A stretch of 64,000 nt of DNA from Roseibacillus sp. (GCA_965242925.1 CBDEUM010000029.1:128001-192000), one strand, 5' to 3'. Shown: positions 10,468 through 21,064, numbered from the stretch's first letter. The notes: a model not told the origin generated them from the letters alone. A program made the numbers and translations.

Positions 10468-11931
10468 CTACAGGAGGATATCCTTGATGGGGTAGGCATC
10501 CTCCACGCCGGTCAGGCGTTGCTGTAACCCCTGGAACGGGAAGCGGAAGCGGTGATTGTCGATACCCATGCAGTGGAGAATAGTGGCGTTCAGCTCGTTG
10601 AGGTGAACGGGTTTTTCCGTGACATTGTAGCTGAAGTCATCGGTTTCTCCGTGGGAGAGGCCTGCCTTTATGCCGCCGCCAGCCATCCACATGCAGAAAT
10701 TGCGGGGGTGGTGGTCGCGACCGTAGTTCTCCTTTGTCAGTTTGCCCTGGCAGTAGGCGGTGCGCCCGAATTCACCGCCGAAAACAACCACCGTGTCCTT
10801 CAGCATTCCTCTTTCCTTGAGGTCCTTGATAAGGGCGGCGGTTGGCTGGTCAACGTCAAGGCACTGGTTCTTGATCTCCTTGGGCAGGTTGCCGTGCTGG
10901 TCCCAGCCGCGGTGGAGAATCTGCACCACCCGGACCCCACGTTCAATGAGACGGCGGGTGAGGATCGCCGAATGGGCAAAGCTGCCAGGCTTCTGGACAT
11001 CTGGCCCATACCTCTCGAGGGTTGCCTTGCTCTCTTTGCCAAGGTCAGTCAGTTCGGGGACACTGGTTTGCATCCGGAAGGCCATTTCGTACTGGGCAAT
11101 GCGGGTTTGTGTCTCGGGGTCCCCGAAGCGCTCGAAAGCCCTGCGGTTCAGCTGGCCCAGGGCGTCGAGCATGGCACGCCGGTCGCCAGGCAGCACCCCC
11201 GGGGGATTCTTCACGTATAATACCGGATCGCCGGCGCTGCGGAGCTTCACTCCGTCATACTTGGAGGGCAGGAAACCACTGGTCCACATGCGGGAGAACA
11301 ACGCCTGGCTCGGGTTCTTGACGGTCGGGGTGAAAACCACGAAGGCGGGTAGATTCTGGCTTTCGCTGCCAAGGCCATAGCTGAGCCAGGAACCGAGGCT
11401 GGGCTTGCCGGGCACCTCACTGCCGGTCATCACGAAGGTACAGGCCGGGTCGTGGTTGATGGCCTCGGTGTGGACCGATTTGATCATGGTGATCTCGTCG
11501 GCGATGCCCTTCATGTGTGGAACCAGCTCACTCATCAGGATGCCCGACTGTCCACAGCGCTCGAAGGCGAACCTGCTGGGAGCCACGGGGAAACGTTTTT
11601 GCCCACTGGTCATGGTGGTGATGCGTTGACCGTTGCGGACCGAATCGGGAAGTTCCTTGTCGAAGAACTTCTCCATCTGGGGTTTGTGGTCGAAGAGGTC
11701 CTGCTGAGCCGGAGCGCCGTTCATGTGCAGGTAGATGAGGTTCTTGGCCTTGGGCGCAAAGTGAGGGAGTCCGGGCAGGGCCGGATGGATATCGGGGCCT
11801 GGAGTGGGCTTGGCGGCAAGGCCTCTCTGGGCGAGGAGCTGGGCCAGGGCGATACCCCCTACCTTGAGACCGGCTCCCTGGAAGAACCGGCGACGGGATT
11901 GGAGGTGATGAAATTCGAGGGCAGGATCCAT
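10468..11931 (-). CDS. DUF1501 family protein with Tat signal
   Basis: SRRRFFQ, INHDPA, WDQH, GEFGRT, GRDHHP. Confidence 0.9.
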   Translation of the reverse strand: MDPALEFHHLQSRRRFFQGAGLKVGGIALAQLLAQRGLAAKPTPGPDIHPALPGLPHFAPKAKNLIYLHMNGAPAQQDLFDHKPQMEKFFDKELPDSVRNGQRITTMTSGQKRFPVAPSRFAFERCGQSGILMSELVPHMKGIADEITMIKSVHTEAINHDPACTFVMTGSEVPGKPSLGSWLSYGLGSESQNLPAFVVFTPTVKNPSQALFSRMWTSGFLPSKYDGVKLRSAGDPVLYVKNPPGVLPGDRRAMLDALGQLNRRAFERFGDPETQTRIAQYEMAFRMQTSVPELTDLGKESKATLERYGPDVQKPGSFAHSAILTRRLIERGVRVVQILHRGWDQHGNLPKEIKNQCLDVDQPTAALIKDLKERGMLKDTVVVFGGEFGRTAYCQGKLTKENYGRDHHPRNFCMWMAGGGIKAGLSHGETDDFSYNVTEKPVHLNELNATILHCMGIDNHRFRFPFQGLQQRLTGVEDAYPIKDILL

Positions 11932-11938
11932 GGTGGGG

Positions 11939-14900
11939 TCAGTTCTTGTTTACGACCTCGTCAAGATTGAGGAGCAGGTTCGCCACGAGGGTCCAGGCGG
12001 CCAGGTCATTCTGCTTGAGGGCGGGATCGGGTTTACTTTCGCCGAAGGCAATGAGTTGCTCGGCAGCTGCAGAGTCAACGGCGAAGCGGTTCAGGTGTGT
12101 CTGAAGCGCCTTCAGCACGATTTTTGATTCTTCCGGATCAGGGTAACGGGCGGTGACAAGCCGCCATGCCCAGCGGACACGGTCCTCAGCATTTGTTCCG
12201 CCTTCCTTGAGAATGCGCTGGCCAAGGGCGCGTGCTGCTTCGACGTGTTGAACATCGTTCATCAGCTGCAGGGCCTGCATCGGGGTGTTGCTGCGGCCAC
12301 GTGCCGAGCAGCTTTGTTCGCGGTTGGGTCCATCAAAGGTGGCCATGAAGGGCGGCGGAGCGGTGCGCTTGAGGAAGGTATAAAGGCTGCGTCGATACAG
12401 GTCCTCCCCCTTGTCCTGCTTGTAATTGCGCGTGTTGCTGGAGGCAAAGCCGACCGGTTCCCAGATATTGGGGGGCTGATAGGGCCTGACACCCCGGCCT
12501 CCGATCGTAGAGACCATCAGTCCGCTGAGGTTCAGGGCCTGATCACGGATGACCTCGGCATCCAGTCGATGCCGTGGTCCCCGGGCCAGGAGACGGTTTT
12601 CCGGATCCTTTTCCCGCAACGCGGGCGAGGCCGCGGAGCTTTGGCGATAGGCATGACTGGTGAGGATGCGCGTCACCAGTCGCTGAATATCCCAGCCATC
12701 TTCCATGAACTGTAAGGCCAGCCAATCGAGCAGTTCAGGGTGGCTGGGCAACTCTCCCTGGGTGCCAAAGTCTGCGCTGGTTTTCACCAGGCCAGTACCG
12801 AAGAACTGCTGCCAGAAACGATTTACCGCGACGCGTGCGGTGAGCGGATGTTGTCCGTCGACCAGCCAATTGGCCAGGTCCAGCCGGTTGTAATCGCCAT
12901 CCTTTGGTTTGGGCGGAAGCGGCGGCAGGAAGGCAGGTACGTTGCGGCTGACCTTCTCTCCGGGGTTATCATACTGCCCGCGTTTCATCACGAAGCTCTC
13001 CCGTGGCTTGGGCAGGTCGGCCATCACGAAGGTCACTGCGGTGTTTTTGCCGATGGCATTCTTCTCGGCCACCAGCTTTGCCTTTTCGTCATTGAGTGGT
13101 TTCAGCGTATCCTTGGCCCCCTTGTAGATCCGGCCGAGCCAGTGCAGGAAAAGGCGTTTTTCCTGGGACTCCGCCCATTCGCCGGGCTTCTTTCCCTTCA
13201 CGAGCTTGCGTAGTTCCTCGTTGAGATCCTGTTCGCGCTCATTTTCCTTCTGCGCTTTCCACGCTTTCCATGAAAAGACCGGGTCGGTGACAGGGTTGGT
13301 GGTGACGTGGCCCCCGGATTGGTCCCAGTAGACCTTGCCGTCAAACTGGGTGTAGGCCCAGCCGTTGAGCTGGGCACCCGGCTTGAGGCCCACCTGCTCG
13401 ACGTCGACCTCAAGGCGCACCCATTTCCCGGTTTCTGGCAGGTCGCCCATGCGCCGCCGGCTGACGGAATCGTTCTGGCCCCACTCGATCTGGTTGCCTC
13501 CCCAGTAGGCGCGGTGTTCCCACGTCCCGTCATTGAACTGCAGCATGATCTGTTTCGGGGGATTGGTTGCATCGAGGTAAACATGCGCGAACAGCTTCAT
13601 GCCATCCTCGATGACCAGGGGAGGGTTGGCACCGGTGAAGTAGTGCTGGCTCAGGCCCTTGGCCTCCCGGACGCTCGCCTTGACCCCACTGAAAACCGGT
13701 TCTGGTGGACTTACGAACTTCCATGGGGTGTTACCTTGCGCGGCAGCCTTGGCGGGCAGGGCATCCTCGATCCACACCGTCTCCTTCGTGGTTGGCGGGG
13801 GCGGTTTGCTGAGGTCTGCCGGGTCGTTGTAGTCAATCCCTGTTACGGCTTCCGTGATGCGTTTTTCGACCGCCTGGATCTTCGAATCCAGAGCCGCGAG
13901 CTTTTCCTGCGCACCTGGCAGCGGCACGCGGATAACAGGTGGAGTGTCCAGCTTGTTCCCGTCCAGGGCAGGGTCGGCGGTACTGTGGAAGAAGGAATAC
14001 ATCGAGTAATACTCGTTCGTGGAAATAGGGTCAAATTTGTGGTCGTGGCATACCGCGCAACCAGCTGTCAGTCCCATCCACACCTCCACTGTCGTCGAAG
14101 TGCGTTCCACGGCATTGCGATAAATCCATTCAGCATTGATGCTGCCTCCTTCTCCGGTGGTCACATTACAGCGGTTGAATCCCGAGGCAATTTTCTGATC
14201 GATGGTCGCCCCGGGCAACAGGTCTCCAGCCAGTTGCCAGCGGGTAAACTCATCGAACCTGATGTTCCGGTTGAACGCCCGCACCACCCAGTCGCGGTAG
14301 GGCCACATCGAGCGCTCGTTGTCGAGGTGCAGGCCATGGGTGTCGGCGTAGCGCGCGAGGTCCAGCCAATAGCGTGCCATGTGCTCGCCGTAGGACGGGC
14401 GCTTCATCAGGCTAGTGATCAGATTTTCCAGCGCCCGGGGGGAGTTGTCCGTGAGAAAGGCGTCTACTTCCTCCGGCCTGGGAGGCAGTCCAGTGAGATC
14501 CAGGTAGACACGTCGAATGAGTGTTTCGGGCCTGGCCAGCGGCGCGGGCTCCAGGCCTTCCTCTGCCAGGCGCTGCTGCAGGAAGGCGTCAATCGGATTT
14601 GCCACCCCCTTGGGCACCGCGGGAGGCTTCGGAGCTGTGAAGGCCCAGTGATCCGCATACGGCGCACCTTGCAGGATCCATTGCTTCAGGATGTCCTTTT
14701 CCGCATCGGAAAGTTCCTTATGTGAATCCCGGGGAGGCATCACCTCGTCCTCGTCTTCCGAGAGGATGCGAACCCATGCTTCGCTGTTCTCCAGATCCCC
14801 GGGCACAATGGCTTGCACACCATCGCGTTCAGCAAGAGCCGATTCACCTTGGTCGAGGCGCAGCTTGGCTTTGCGCTTTTTTGCGTCCTGACCGTGACAG

Positions 14901-15016
14901 GCAAAGCAATTTTCCGAGAGGATGGGCCGGATATCACGCGTGAAGTCCGGGGCGGTCGGGGCGGCTTCAGTCAGGAGACTCGCGCCCAGGACTGGAACGA
15001 TGATGGTTCTCATCAT
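11939..15016 (-). CDS. Planctomycete cytochrome c + DUF1549 + inserted domain + DUF1553 protein
   Basis: [45 protein letters not shown]. Confidence 0.9.
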   Translation of the reverse strand: MMRTIIVPVLGASLLTEAAPTAPDFTRDIRPILSENCFACHGQDAKKRKAKLRLDQGESALAERDGVQAIVPGDLENSEAWVRILSEDEDEVMPPRDSHKELSDAEKDILKQWILQGAPYADHWAFTAPKPPAVPKGVANPIDAFLQQRLAEEGLEPAPLARPETLIRRVYLDLTGLPPRPEEVDAFLTDNSPRALENLITSLMKRPSYGEHMARYWLDLARYADTHGLHLDNERSMWPYRDWVVRAFNRNIRFDEFTRWQLAGDLLPGATIDQKIASGFNRCNVTTGEGGSINAEWIYRNAVERTSTTVEVWMGLTAGCAVCHDHKFDPISTNEYYSMYSFFHSTADPALDGNKLDTPPVIRVPLPGAQEKLAALDSKIQAVEKRITEAVTGIDYNDPADLSKPPPPTTKETVWIEDALPAKAAAQGNTPWKFVSPPEPVFSGVKASVREAKGLSQHYFTGANPPLVIEDGMKLFAHVYLDATNPPKQIMLQFNDGTWEHRAYWGGNQIEWGQNDSVSRRRMGDLPETGKWVRLEVDVEQVGLKPGAQLNGWAYTQFDGKVYWDQSGGHVTTNPVTDPVFSWKAWKAQKENEREQDLNEELRKLVKGKKPGEWAESQEKRLFLHWLGRIYKGAKDTLKPLNDEKAKLVAEKNAIGKNTAVTFVMADLPKPRESFVMKRGQYDNPGEKVSRNVPAFLPPLPPKPKDGDYNRLDLANWLVDGQHPLTARVAVNRFWQQFFGTGLVKTSADFGTQGELPSHPELLDWLALQFMEDGWDIQRLVTRILTSHAYRQSSAASPALREKDPENRLLARGPRHRLDAEVIRDQALNLSGLMVSTIGGRGVRPYQPPNIWEPVGFASSNTRNYKQDKGEDLYRRSLYTFLKRTAPPPFMATFDGPNREQSCSARGRSNTPMQALQLMNDVQHVEAARALGQRILKEGGTNAEDRVRWAWRLVTARYPDPEESKIVLKALQTHLNRFAVDSAAAEQLIAFGESKPDPALKQNDLAAWTLVANLLLNLDEVVNKN

Positions 15017-15148
15017 TGGATGGGAGAGAGTATCACCACGTAACGCGGGGTAAAGGGAGGAACTGAGCGCAGGGAGGCGGCTCTGCAGGAATCCTGCGGG
15101 GGCATGTGCCAGAGAGCTTGAAACGGCATTGTAATCGCGACCGTTGTT

Positions 15149-16027
15149 TCAGATTTCCGTCACGATCTGCTTCAGGTAGTCCGCCAGTTCCGGGCCGATA
15201 TCCTCACGCCTGAGGCCGAACTCGACGTTGGTCTTGATGAAGTCGAGCTTGTTTCCGATGTCGTAGCGCTTGCCGTCAAAGCGGAGGCCGTAGAGTCCGC
15301 GTTCCTGCAGCATGAGAACCATGGCGTCGGTCAGCTGGATCTCGCCATTCTTGCCCGGTCCGGTCTCCTCGAGGTAGTTGAAGATCTCGGGGCGCAACAC
15401 ATAACGGCCGGCAATAGCCAGGTTGGAGGGAGCCTCTTCCACGGAAGGCTTCTCGATGAGCTGGTCGATCTCAATGATGCCGTTACCGCGGTTCTCTCCA
15501 CCCGCGATACCGTAAAGGGGGACCTTTTCGCGCTCCACTTCGTCGAGAGCAATGACGGATTCCTGCTGGTCCTCGTAGATGTCGATCATCTGCCGCAGGA
15601 TGGGCCGGTCCGGGTTATTACTGCTGAGAAGGGTATCACCGAGGAGGAGGGCGAAGGGCTCGTGGCCCACGAAGGTGCGCCCGTAGGAGACGGCATCGCC
15701 GAGTCCGTTGAGCTCCTTCTGCCAGACAAAGTGGATGGAGGCCATGTCCGAGATGCGGCGGATCTGTTCGAGCAGCTCCGTCTTGCCCTGTGCGTCGAGC
15801 GCCAGTTCCAACTCGGTGGCGGGGTAGAAGTGTTCCTCGATGGCGCGTTTGCCGCGGCCGATGACCATGAGGATGTCGGTGATGCCACTGTGCACGCATT
15901 CCTCCACCACGTACTGGATGGTGGGGGTGTCCACAATGGGCAGCATTTCCTTGGGCTGCGACTTGGTGGCGGGCAGGAAGCGGGTGCCGAATCCGGCGGC
16001 TGGAATGACGGCTTTGGTGACGGGCAT
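15149..16027 (-). CDS. galU: UTP--glucose-1-phosphate uridylyltransferase (GalU family)
   Basis: KAVIPAAGFGTRFLPATKSQPKEMLPIVD, LLGD, EKP, GEIQLTDA, RYDIG. Confidence 0.93.
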   Translation of the reverse strand: MPVTKAVIPAAGFGTRFLPATKSQPKEMLPIVDTPTIQYVVEECVHSGITDILMVIGRGKRAIEEHFYPATELELALDAQGKTELLEQIRRISDMASIHFVWQKELNGLGDAVSYGRTFVGHEPFALLLGDTLLSSNNPDRPILRQMIDIYEDQQESVIALDEVEREKVPLYGIAGGENRGNGIIEIDQLIEKPSVEEAPSNLAIAGRYVLRPEIFNYLEETGPGKNGEIQLTDAMVLMLQERGLYGLRFDGKRYDIGNKLDFIKTNVEFGLRREDIGPELADYLKQIVTEI

Positions 16028-16143
16028 CGGGAGGAAGGGGCAACCGGGGCGGCTGGCCACCGGGATGCCGGAGGTATTGGAATCCTGCAGGATGAGGGAG
16101 GCAAGGAGGAACTGACCCGCGGGGGCAGGCTACTCCGTCGCTG

Positions 16144-17151
16144 CTATCGGCTTTCAGGTTCGATGATCGGCTTGATGACCTCCACTCCGAGCCTGCCCAG
16201 CCCGGTTTGAAGGGCCGCGAACATCTCGTCACCGTCGTAAGTTCCCACGATGGCTCCTCCGGAGCCGGTGAATTTGGCGGAGGCTCCCACCGAGCGGGCG
16301 GTTTCCACCATGGCCAGGTTGCCGTCCGACAGGCGATAGAGCGATTTGCGCAGGTCGAAGTTGCGGTCCAGAAGCGGCCCGATCCGGGAGCCCTTCCCGC
16401 TGGTGAGCAGGTCGCGGCATTGCTGGGTCAGATCGGCCCACTCTTCCATGGCGGCCACCACGTCGGGTTCCCTGCGGTGAAAGCGGCCGCGAATATCATT
16501 GTGGAAGACTTCCGTGCCCTCCGAGAGCCTCGTGCTGTAGGCGAGGTAGAGTGAAGGCAGGGTCTTGGGATCGAGTTGCTCGTAGGCACCGTGACCCATT
16601 TGCTCGAAGTGCTTTTCGGCGAAGTCCATGAAGACCACTCCTTCGTAGGCCTGGACCACACGGTCCTGCAGCCCGGCCGGGATGCGAAGCTCGTCGGTCT
16701 CCACGGAAAGAACGAGGTTGGCCAGAGTGGGAGGGGTGATGCTTACATCGTAGAACCGCATGAGGGCCCGGAAGCAGGCGGTGATGATCGCACTTGAACC
16801 CGCCATGCCGACGTGGGGCGGAATGTCGCTGCTGTAACGGAGGGTAAAGTTCCGGGAGTGCAGGGAGATCCCGTTCTCCCCGCAGTGATCGTGGAAGCGT
16901 TTCACCGAGGCCTTGAGGAGACGCAGTCCGCCGTAGTAACCGAAGGTCCGGGTGTCCTCCACGAGATCGGACAGGCTCCCGAAGAGCATCTCGTCGCGGC
17001 GCGCAGGCTGGATTTCCAGATCAGGCGACTCCCAGAGGGAAACCCTGGCCGAGAAATTCCTCACGAGGAGGGAGATCGTCTTGCCGTGGAAACCGTCGGA
17101 AGGGTTCCCGATCAGGCCGGCACGAGGATACGAAGCGGTTTTGATGACCAT
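16144..17151 (-). CDS. GHMP kinase, glucuronokinase-like
   Basis: RAGLIGNPSD, GYYGGLRLL, IPPHVGMAGSSA, AGLQDRV, AKFTGSGGA; start placed at ATG 17151. Confidence 0.82.
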   Translation of the reverse strand: MVIKTASYPRAGLIGNPSDGFHGKTISLLVRNFSARVSLWESPDLEIQPARRDEMLFGSLSDLVEDTRTFGYYGGLRLLKASVKRFHDHCGENGISLHSRNFTLRYSSDIPPHVGMAGSSAIITACFRALMRFYDVSITPPTLANLVLSVETDELRIPAGLQDRVVQAYEGVVFMDFAEKHFEQMGHGAYEQLDPKTLPSLYLAYSTRLSEGTEVFHNDIRGRFHRREPDVVAAMEEWADLTQQCRDLLTSGKGSRIGPLLDRNFDLRKSLYRLSDGNLAMVETARSVGASAKFTGSGGAIVGTYDGDEMFAALQTGLGRLGVEVIKPIIEPESR

Positions 17152-17241
17152 CGACGGTAGTGGTCTACATCGTGGGGTCCGAATTGGGAATCGTGAAAAT
17201 AATTGGATTTGTGCCAATCGGTCTCCATGGCAAGAGAGGGC

Positions 17242-18039
17242 ATGGAAATGAAGGAGACCATCGATTGGGAGGGCAAGGGCCTGATTGGAGTGGTGCACCT
17301 GCAACCTCTGCCAGGCTCGCCGCGTTACCGCAGGTCGATGAGGGAGATCTGTGCAGCAGCGGTGGTAGATGCGCAGGCCTACGAGGAGGGAGGGGCGCAG
17401 GGCCTGATGATCGAGAATTTCGGCGACCTGCCCTTTACCCGCGGGGCGGTGGCACCCGAGACCGTGGCGGCCATGACAGTGGCGGCAGAGTCAATCAGGG
17501 CTAAGGGTGTGCAGCTTCCTCTCGGATTCAACGTCCTTCGGAACGATGCGTCCTCGGCGTTGGCCCTTGCCGCGGCCTGCGGAGGAGCGTTTGTGCGGGT
17601 CAATGTTCATACCGGAGCGGTGGAAGCGGACCAGGGGATCATCCAGGGAGAGGCCTACACCACGTTGCGCAAGCGCGCGGCGCTTTGTCCGGAGGTCCAG
17701 ATCTGGGCCGATGTGCTGGTCAAGCATGCGGTGCCCATCGGGGATCTCGGAATCGAGGAAACTGCACGGGACACCTTTCATCGTGGACTGGCGGATGCCC
17801 TCATCGTGTCCGGAGTGGCCACGGGGGCGGCGACGGGAGTTGACGATTTGCGACGGGTGAAGGGGGCCTGCCCGGAAGCTCCCCTGCTGGTGGGCAGCGG
17901 GGTGCGGGCCGACAACGTCGGGGAGTTGCTGGAGTATGCCGACGGGCTGATTGTGGCGTCCTCCCTGAAGGTGGATGGAGTTCTCGCCAACCCGGTAGAT
18001 GTGAAGCGGGTGAGAGAGTTGAGGAAGGCGATGGGGTGA
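17242..18039 (+). CDS. BtpA/SgcQ family TIM-barrel protein
   Basis: IGVVHLQPLPGSP, IENFGDLPF, GFNVLRND, ADVLVKH, VGSGV. Confidence 0.9.
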   Translation: MEMKETIDWEGKGLIGVVHLQPLPGSPRYRRSMREICAAAVVDAQAYEEGGAQGLMIENFGDLPFTRGAVAPETVAAMTVAAESIRAKGVQLPLGFNVLRNDASSALALAAACGGAFVRVNVHTGAVEADQGIIQGEAYTTLRKRAALCPEVQIWADVLVKHAVPIGDLGIEETARDTFHRGLADALIVSGVATGAATGVDDLRRVKGACPEAPLLVGSGVRADNVGELLEYADGLIVASSLKVDGVLANPVDVKRVRELRKAMG

Positions 18040-18122
18040 GTGGCTCCCCCCGGTTCAAGGATGCGAATGCGACGCGCCAGGTTCCGGATTCCTCTCAGGT
18101 GCGCGAGGGGCCTTTCGATCGA

Positions 18123-19118
18123 TCAATCCGCTGGAAACGGATTGGCGCTCGAGCGCAGGTTGATCTCTTCCGGTGAGGAGAGGCTGGAGAGGTGGTCTGC
18201 GCGGTGGCCGGAATCGGCTGCAAGGGTTAGTCGGGCAGGTGAGAGGCGGACCACGGAGAGACCAAGGGAGGCGCTCACCGTAAAGAGGAGGGCGGCCCCG
18301 ACGAGGAGAGAATGCTTGGCCCGGCGGCGGCAAACGACCCGTTCGACCCGGGCACGCAGGGGAGCCCGGCCTGCCATGGCGAGGGCGGCCTGGGGGAGGG
18401 TGCCGGCTTCCGCGATGTCGCAGAGGGCGGTGGCATAACGGTCCGGATCGGTTCCCAACGCGATGACCTTGGCATCGCAGGCAAATTCGCACTGGGCGAT
18501 GAGCCGGGAGCGCAGCCACCATACCAGCGGGTTAAACCAGTAGACCAGACAGGCGCACTGGGCGGCCAGATTGGTCCAGAGGTCGCGGCGAGCCACGTGT
18601 CCGAGTTCATGCAGGAGGACCATACGCAGGGTGCCTTCGTTCCAGTGGACACTACTGGAGGGGAGATAGACCACCGGGCGGAAAAGGCCGGCGATGAAGG
18701 GCGACATGCATTGTGGATGCAGGCGCACCCGGATCCTGTGGCGCAGACCCAGCTGCAGGCGACAGTTTTCCAGAGTACGCTCCATCAACGGCTTCCCGGC
18801 ATCCACCGACCTGGCTCGCCAGCGATTGAGCGAAACGAAGTCGGCTGCCAGGCGCAGGGTGAAGAGGAGAAATCCTCCCATCCAGAGGAGGGGGAACCAT
18901 GAGATGGTTGCGGAGACGGCCCCAGGTTGCGCCGGCGCCGTCAGGGCGGGAAGTTCCACCATCAACTTGGGCAGTTGCGCCAGGAAGGGCAGAGCCAGAA
19001 GCGTGAGGAGGCTGCCCAGGGTCAGAAGGGGAGACTGGGCCGGATCCCGTCGACCGGTCAACCAGACGGCCAGAACCGCGAGAAGCGAAAGAGCGGCACT
19101 GGTGAGAAGAAGGGACAT
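18123..19118 (-). CDS. M56 family metallopeptidase (BlaR1-like), no C-terminal sensor domain
   Basis: TM helices, HELGH zinc motif, YWFNPLVWW, EFACD; directly downstream of blaI-like gene. Confidence 0.9.
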   Translation of the reverse strand: MSLLLTSAALSLLAVLAVWLTGRRDPAQSPLLTLGSLLTLLALPFLAQLPKLMVELPALTAPAQPGAVSATISWFPLLWMGGFLLFTLRLAADFVSLNRWRARSVDAGKPLMERTLENCRLQLGLRHRIRVRLHPQCMSPFIAGLFRPVVYLPSSSVHWNEGTLRMVLLHELGHVARRDLWTNLAAQCACLVYWFNPLVWWLRSRLIAQCEFACDAKVIALGTDPDRYATALCDIAEAGTLPQAALAMAGRAPLRARVERVVCRRRAKHSLLVGAALLFTVSASLGLSVVRLSPARLTLAADSGHRADHLSSLSSPEEINLRSSANPFPAD

Positions 19119-19164
19119 GGTCTGAAGGAGTGGTCGCTGTTCAGTAGGCAGAGCGTCGCCGGAT

Positions 19165-19536
19165 CTACTTTTGCCTGATCAATTCCCGGATGCCGTCGAT
19201 TTCCTTCTTGCTGAGCTGCTGGTCGCACGGATCGAGCAGAGCGGCTACCAGGTTTTCCGGTTTCCCTTCGAAAAATGTGCGCAGGAGGCTGTCGAGGGCC
19301 GTGCGTTTCGCCTTTTTCGGGGACTTGGCTCGGTAGACGTAGCGCCGGCCCTCCTTCGAGTGGCTCACCATCTCCTTCCCCTCCAGGGTGGCCAGCAGGG
19401 CCCGCACGGCTGAGTAGGATGGAGGATCGGGCAGGCTCTCCTGGACTTCCTTGGCGGTGGCCTGGCTCAGGCGGTAAAGAATCTCGAGAATCTGGCGCTC
19501 GCGGCGCGAGACTTGCCCTTTCTCGAATCGGTTCAT
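19165..19536 (-). CDS. BlaI/MecI/CopY family transcriptional repressor
   Basis: SRRERQILEILY, PPSYSAVRALL, KEGRRYVY, LLRTFFEG. Confidence 0.92.
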   Translation of the reverse strand: MNRFEKGQVSRRERQILEILYRLSQATAKEVQESLPDPPSYSAVRALLATLEGKEMVSHSKEGRRYVYRAKSPKKAKRTALDSLLRTFFEGKPENLVAALLDPCDQQLSKKEIDGIRELIRQK

Positions 19537-19554
19537 AAGGCCACTCTAAGAGTG

Positions 19555-19635
19555 TGCTATAAAACCCGCAATAAAAATGTTAGAAAAACAGCAGAAAACG
19601 ATTGACGACTGGATCTAATTGCTGTTTTTTTAGCA
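19555..19635. promoter_or_regulatory. Three imperfect 16-bp palindromes (consensus TGCTA-N6-TAGCA), candidate BlaI operators
   Basis: TGCTAtaaaacCCGCA 19555-19570, TGTTAgaaaaaCAGCA 19578-19593, TGCTGttttttTAGCA 19620-19635 in an AT-rich divergent spacer. Confidence 0.6.
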
Positions 19636-19638
19636 TAG

Positions 19639-20514
19639 ATGAAAGCAAAAGTGTCCCCGTGGTGGAACGGTTGTTGGGGTCTGGTGCTGGGACTGCCCCT
19701 GTTTCTGAACAGCTGTGCTTCCTATGATCCCCCGGCGCCGGGTGCCGTTCAGGGGGAGACTTCCCGGAACCTACCGGTGGGGGACTCGTCGGAGCAGCGG
19801 GCCTTGGGTTCTCCCGGGGATAATGCCCTGGCGGCCTCGCCTGAATATTTCCGCAAGCCCACTCCGCGGCCCGGGTATGCTACCTCCTGGGGGGCCTCCA
19901 TTGCCTCACGGATGACCTATACGAGTTTCCGGCGGTCGAGCGACACGCCGCACGGGGGCATAGCCAGCATTTACTACAATGACAAGCGGGGAGTAGAGGA
20001 GATGACCAGGAGGGGCGACTACACTTCGACAGGAAGAAAGCGGGCCGCCAATGGGCTGGTGGAGTGGGGGATGCGAAGTGGGTTCGGGATCATGCGGAAC
20101 CACCATGCCGACGGGAAGCGCTATGTAGTTGGTCGCAAGAATGCGAGGTATTCCATCTCGGTGAAGAACAACTCGCGGGCCCGCCTGGAGGTTGTGCTGA
20201 GTGTTGATGGATTGGACGTGGTGGACGGAAAGTCCGCCAGTGTGAGGAAGCGGGGTTACATCGTGTGGCCGGAACAGACCATCGAGATCAAAGGGTGGCG
20301 GTCCAGTGAGAAGGAAGTGGCGTCCTTTGTGTTTTCCCCGGTGGCCGGATCCTACTCCAATCTCAGGCACGGGGAGAACCGCAACGTGGGTGTGGTGGGG
20401 CTGGCAGTGTTCACCGAGAAGGGCATCGATCCCTGGAGCGGACGGGCAGCGGACGGGCACAATCGCTTCGCGGCCTCGCCCTTTGCTGAGGCTCCCGCGA
20501 GCCGCGCACGTTAG
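19639..20514 (+). CDS. Hypothetical lipoprotein
   Basis: Lipobox-like LNSC; beta-rich domain RYSISVKN...VVLSVDGLDVVDG...RGYIV...IKGWR. Confidence 0.8.
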   Translation: MKAKVSPWWNGCWGLVLGLPLFLNSCASYDPPAPGAVQGETSRNLPVGDSSEQRALGSPGDNALAASPEYFRKPTPRPGYATSWGASIASRMTYTSFRRSSDTPHGGIASIYYNDKRGVEEMTRRGDYTSTGRKRAANGLVEWGMRSGFGIMRNHHADGKRYVVGRKNARYSISVKNNSRARLEVVLSVDGLDVVDGKSASVRKRGYIVWPEQTIEIKGWRSSEKEVASFVFSPVAGSYSNLRHGENRNVGVVGLAVFTEKGIDPWSGRAADGHNRFAASPFAEAPASRAR

Positions 20515-20557
20515 CTTTGCCGGGGTGCCCCGCGTTTCATGGTCTGGCTTCCGGGAC

Positions 20558-21064
20558 TCATGTCCCCGGTCTTGTTTCCGGGACCGGGTCTTCCCTGGTC
20601 TCATAGAGCATGAAGCCGCGGCGCTGGTAGTTGGGCAGGGCATTGGGATGGTCCTGATCGCAGGTGTGCAGCCAGACGTGGTGGACCGCTCCGAGGGTCC
20701 AGGCGTAGCGCACCACCAGGTCGAGAGAGGCACCACCCAGGCCCTTGCCCTGGGAGGGGCCTAGCAGTCCGAAACTCAGGATTTCCACGTCACCCTCGCG
20801 GTTGATCAATTCCCCGTAGCCAATGTCCTCTCCATCCATGACGAGCACCACGGTGCTGACCGGATTGGCCTTGAGGTAGTCGTCCCAGCGCCGGGTAGTC
20901 CATTCCGCGCAGGCAGTCCAGTTCCAGGCTCCGCCCACGTCCTTGTAGAAGCGCTCGTTCACCGCGCCGTCGGGCGGATCGATGACGCGAAGGCACAGGC
21001 TCTTCCTGGGGGTGGCCGCGACGAGCTCATCCGGCGATGTCATCTGCAGGTAGTAGGTCTTCAT
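20558..21064 (-). CDS. GNAT family N-acetyltransferase
   Basis: FGLLGPSQGKGLGG acetyl-CoA motif, VWLHTC, ALPNYQRRGF. Confidence 0.9.
   Translation of the reverse strand: MKTYYLQMTSPDELVAATPRKSLCLRVIDPPDGAVNERFYKDVGGAWNWTACAEWTTRRWDDYLKANPVSTVVLVMDGEDIGYGELINREGDVEILSFGLLGPSQGKGLGGASLDLVVRYAWTLGAVHHVWLHTCDQDHPNALPNYQRRGFMLYETREDPVPETRPGT

Noticed and set aside
15041..15047. CGCGTTA upstream of the 15016 start and again at 45491-45497 before a sulfatase, as a shared promoter element
   Set aside because: Only two clear copies of a 7-mer and no convincing shared -35; not distinguishable from chance here
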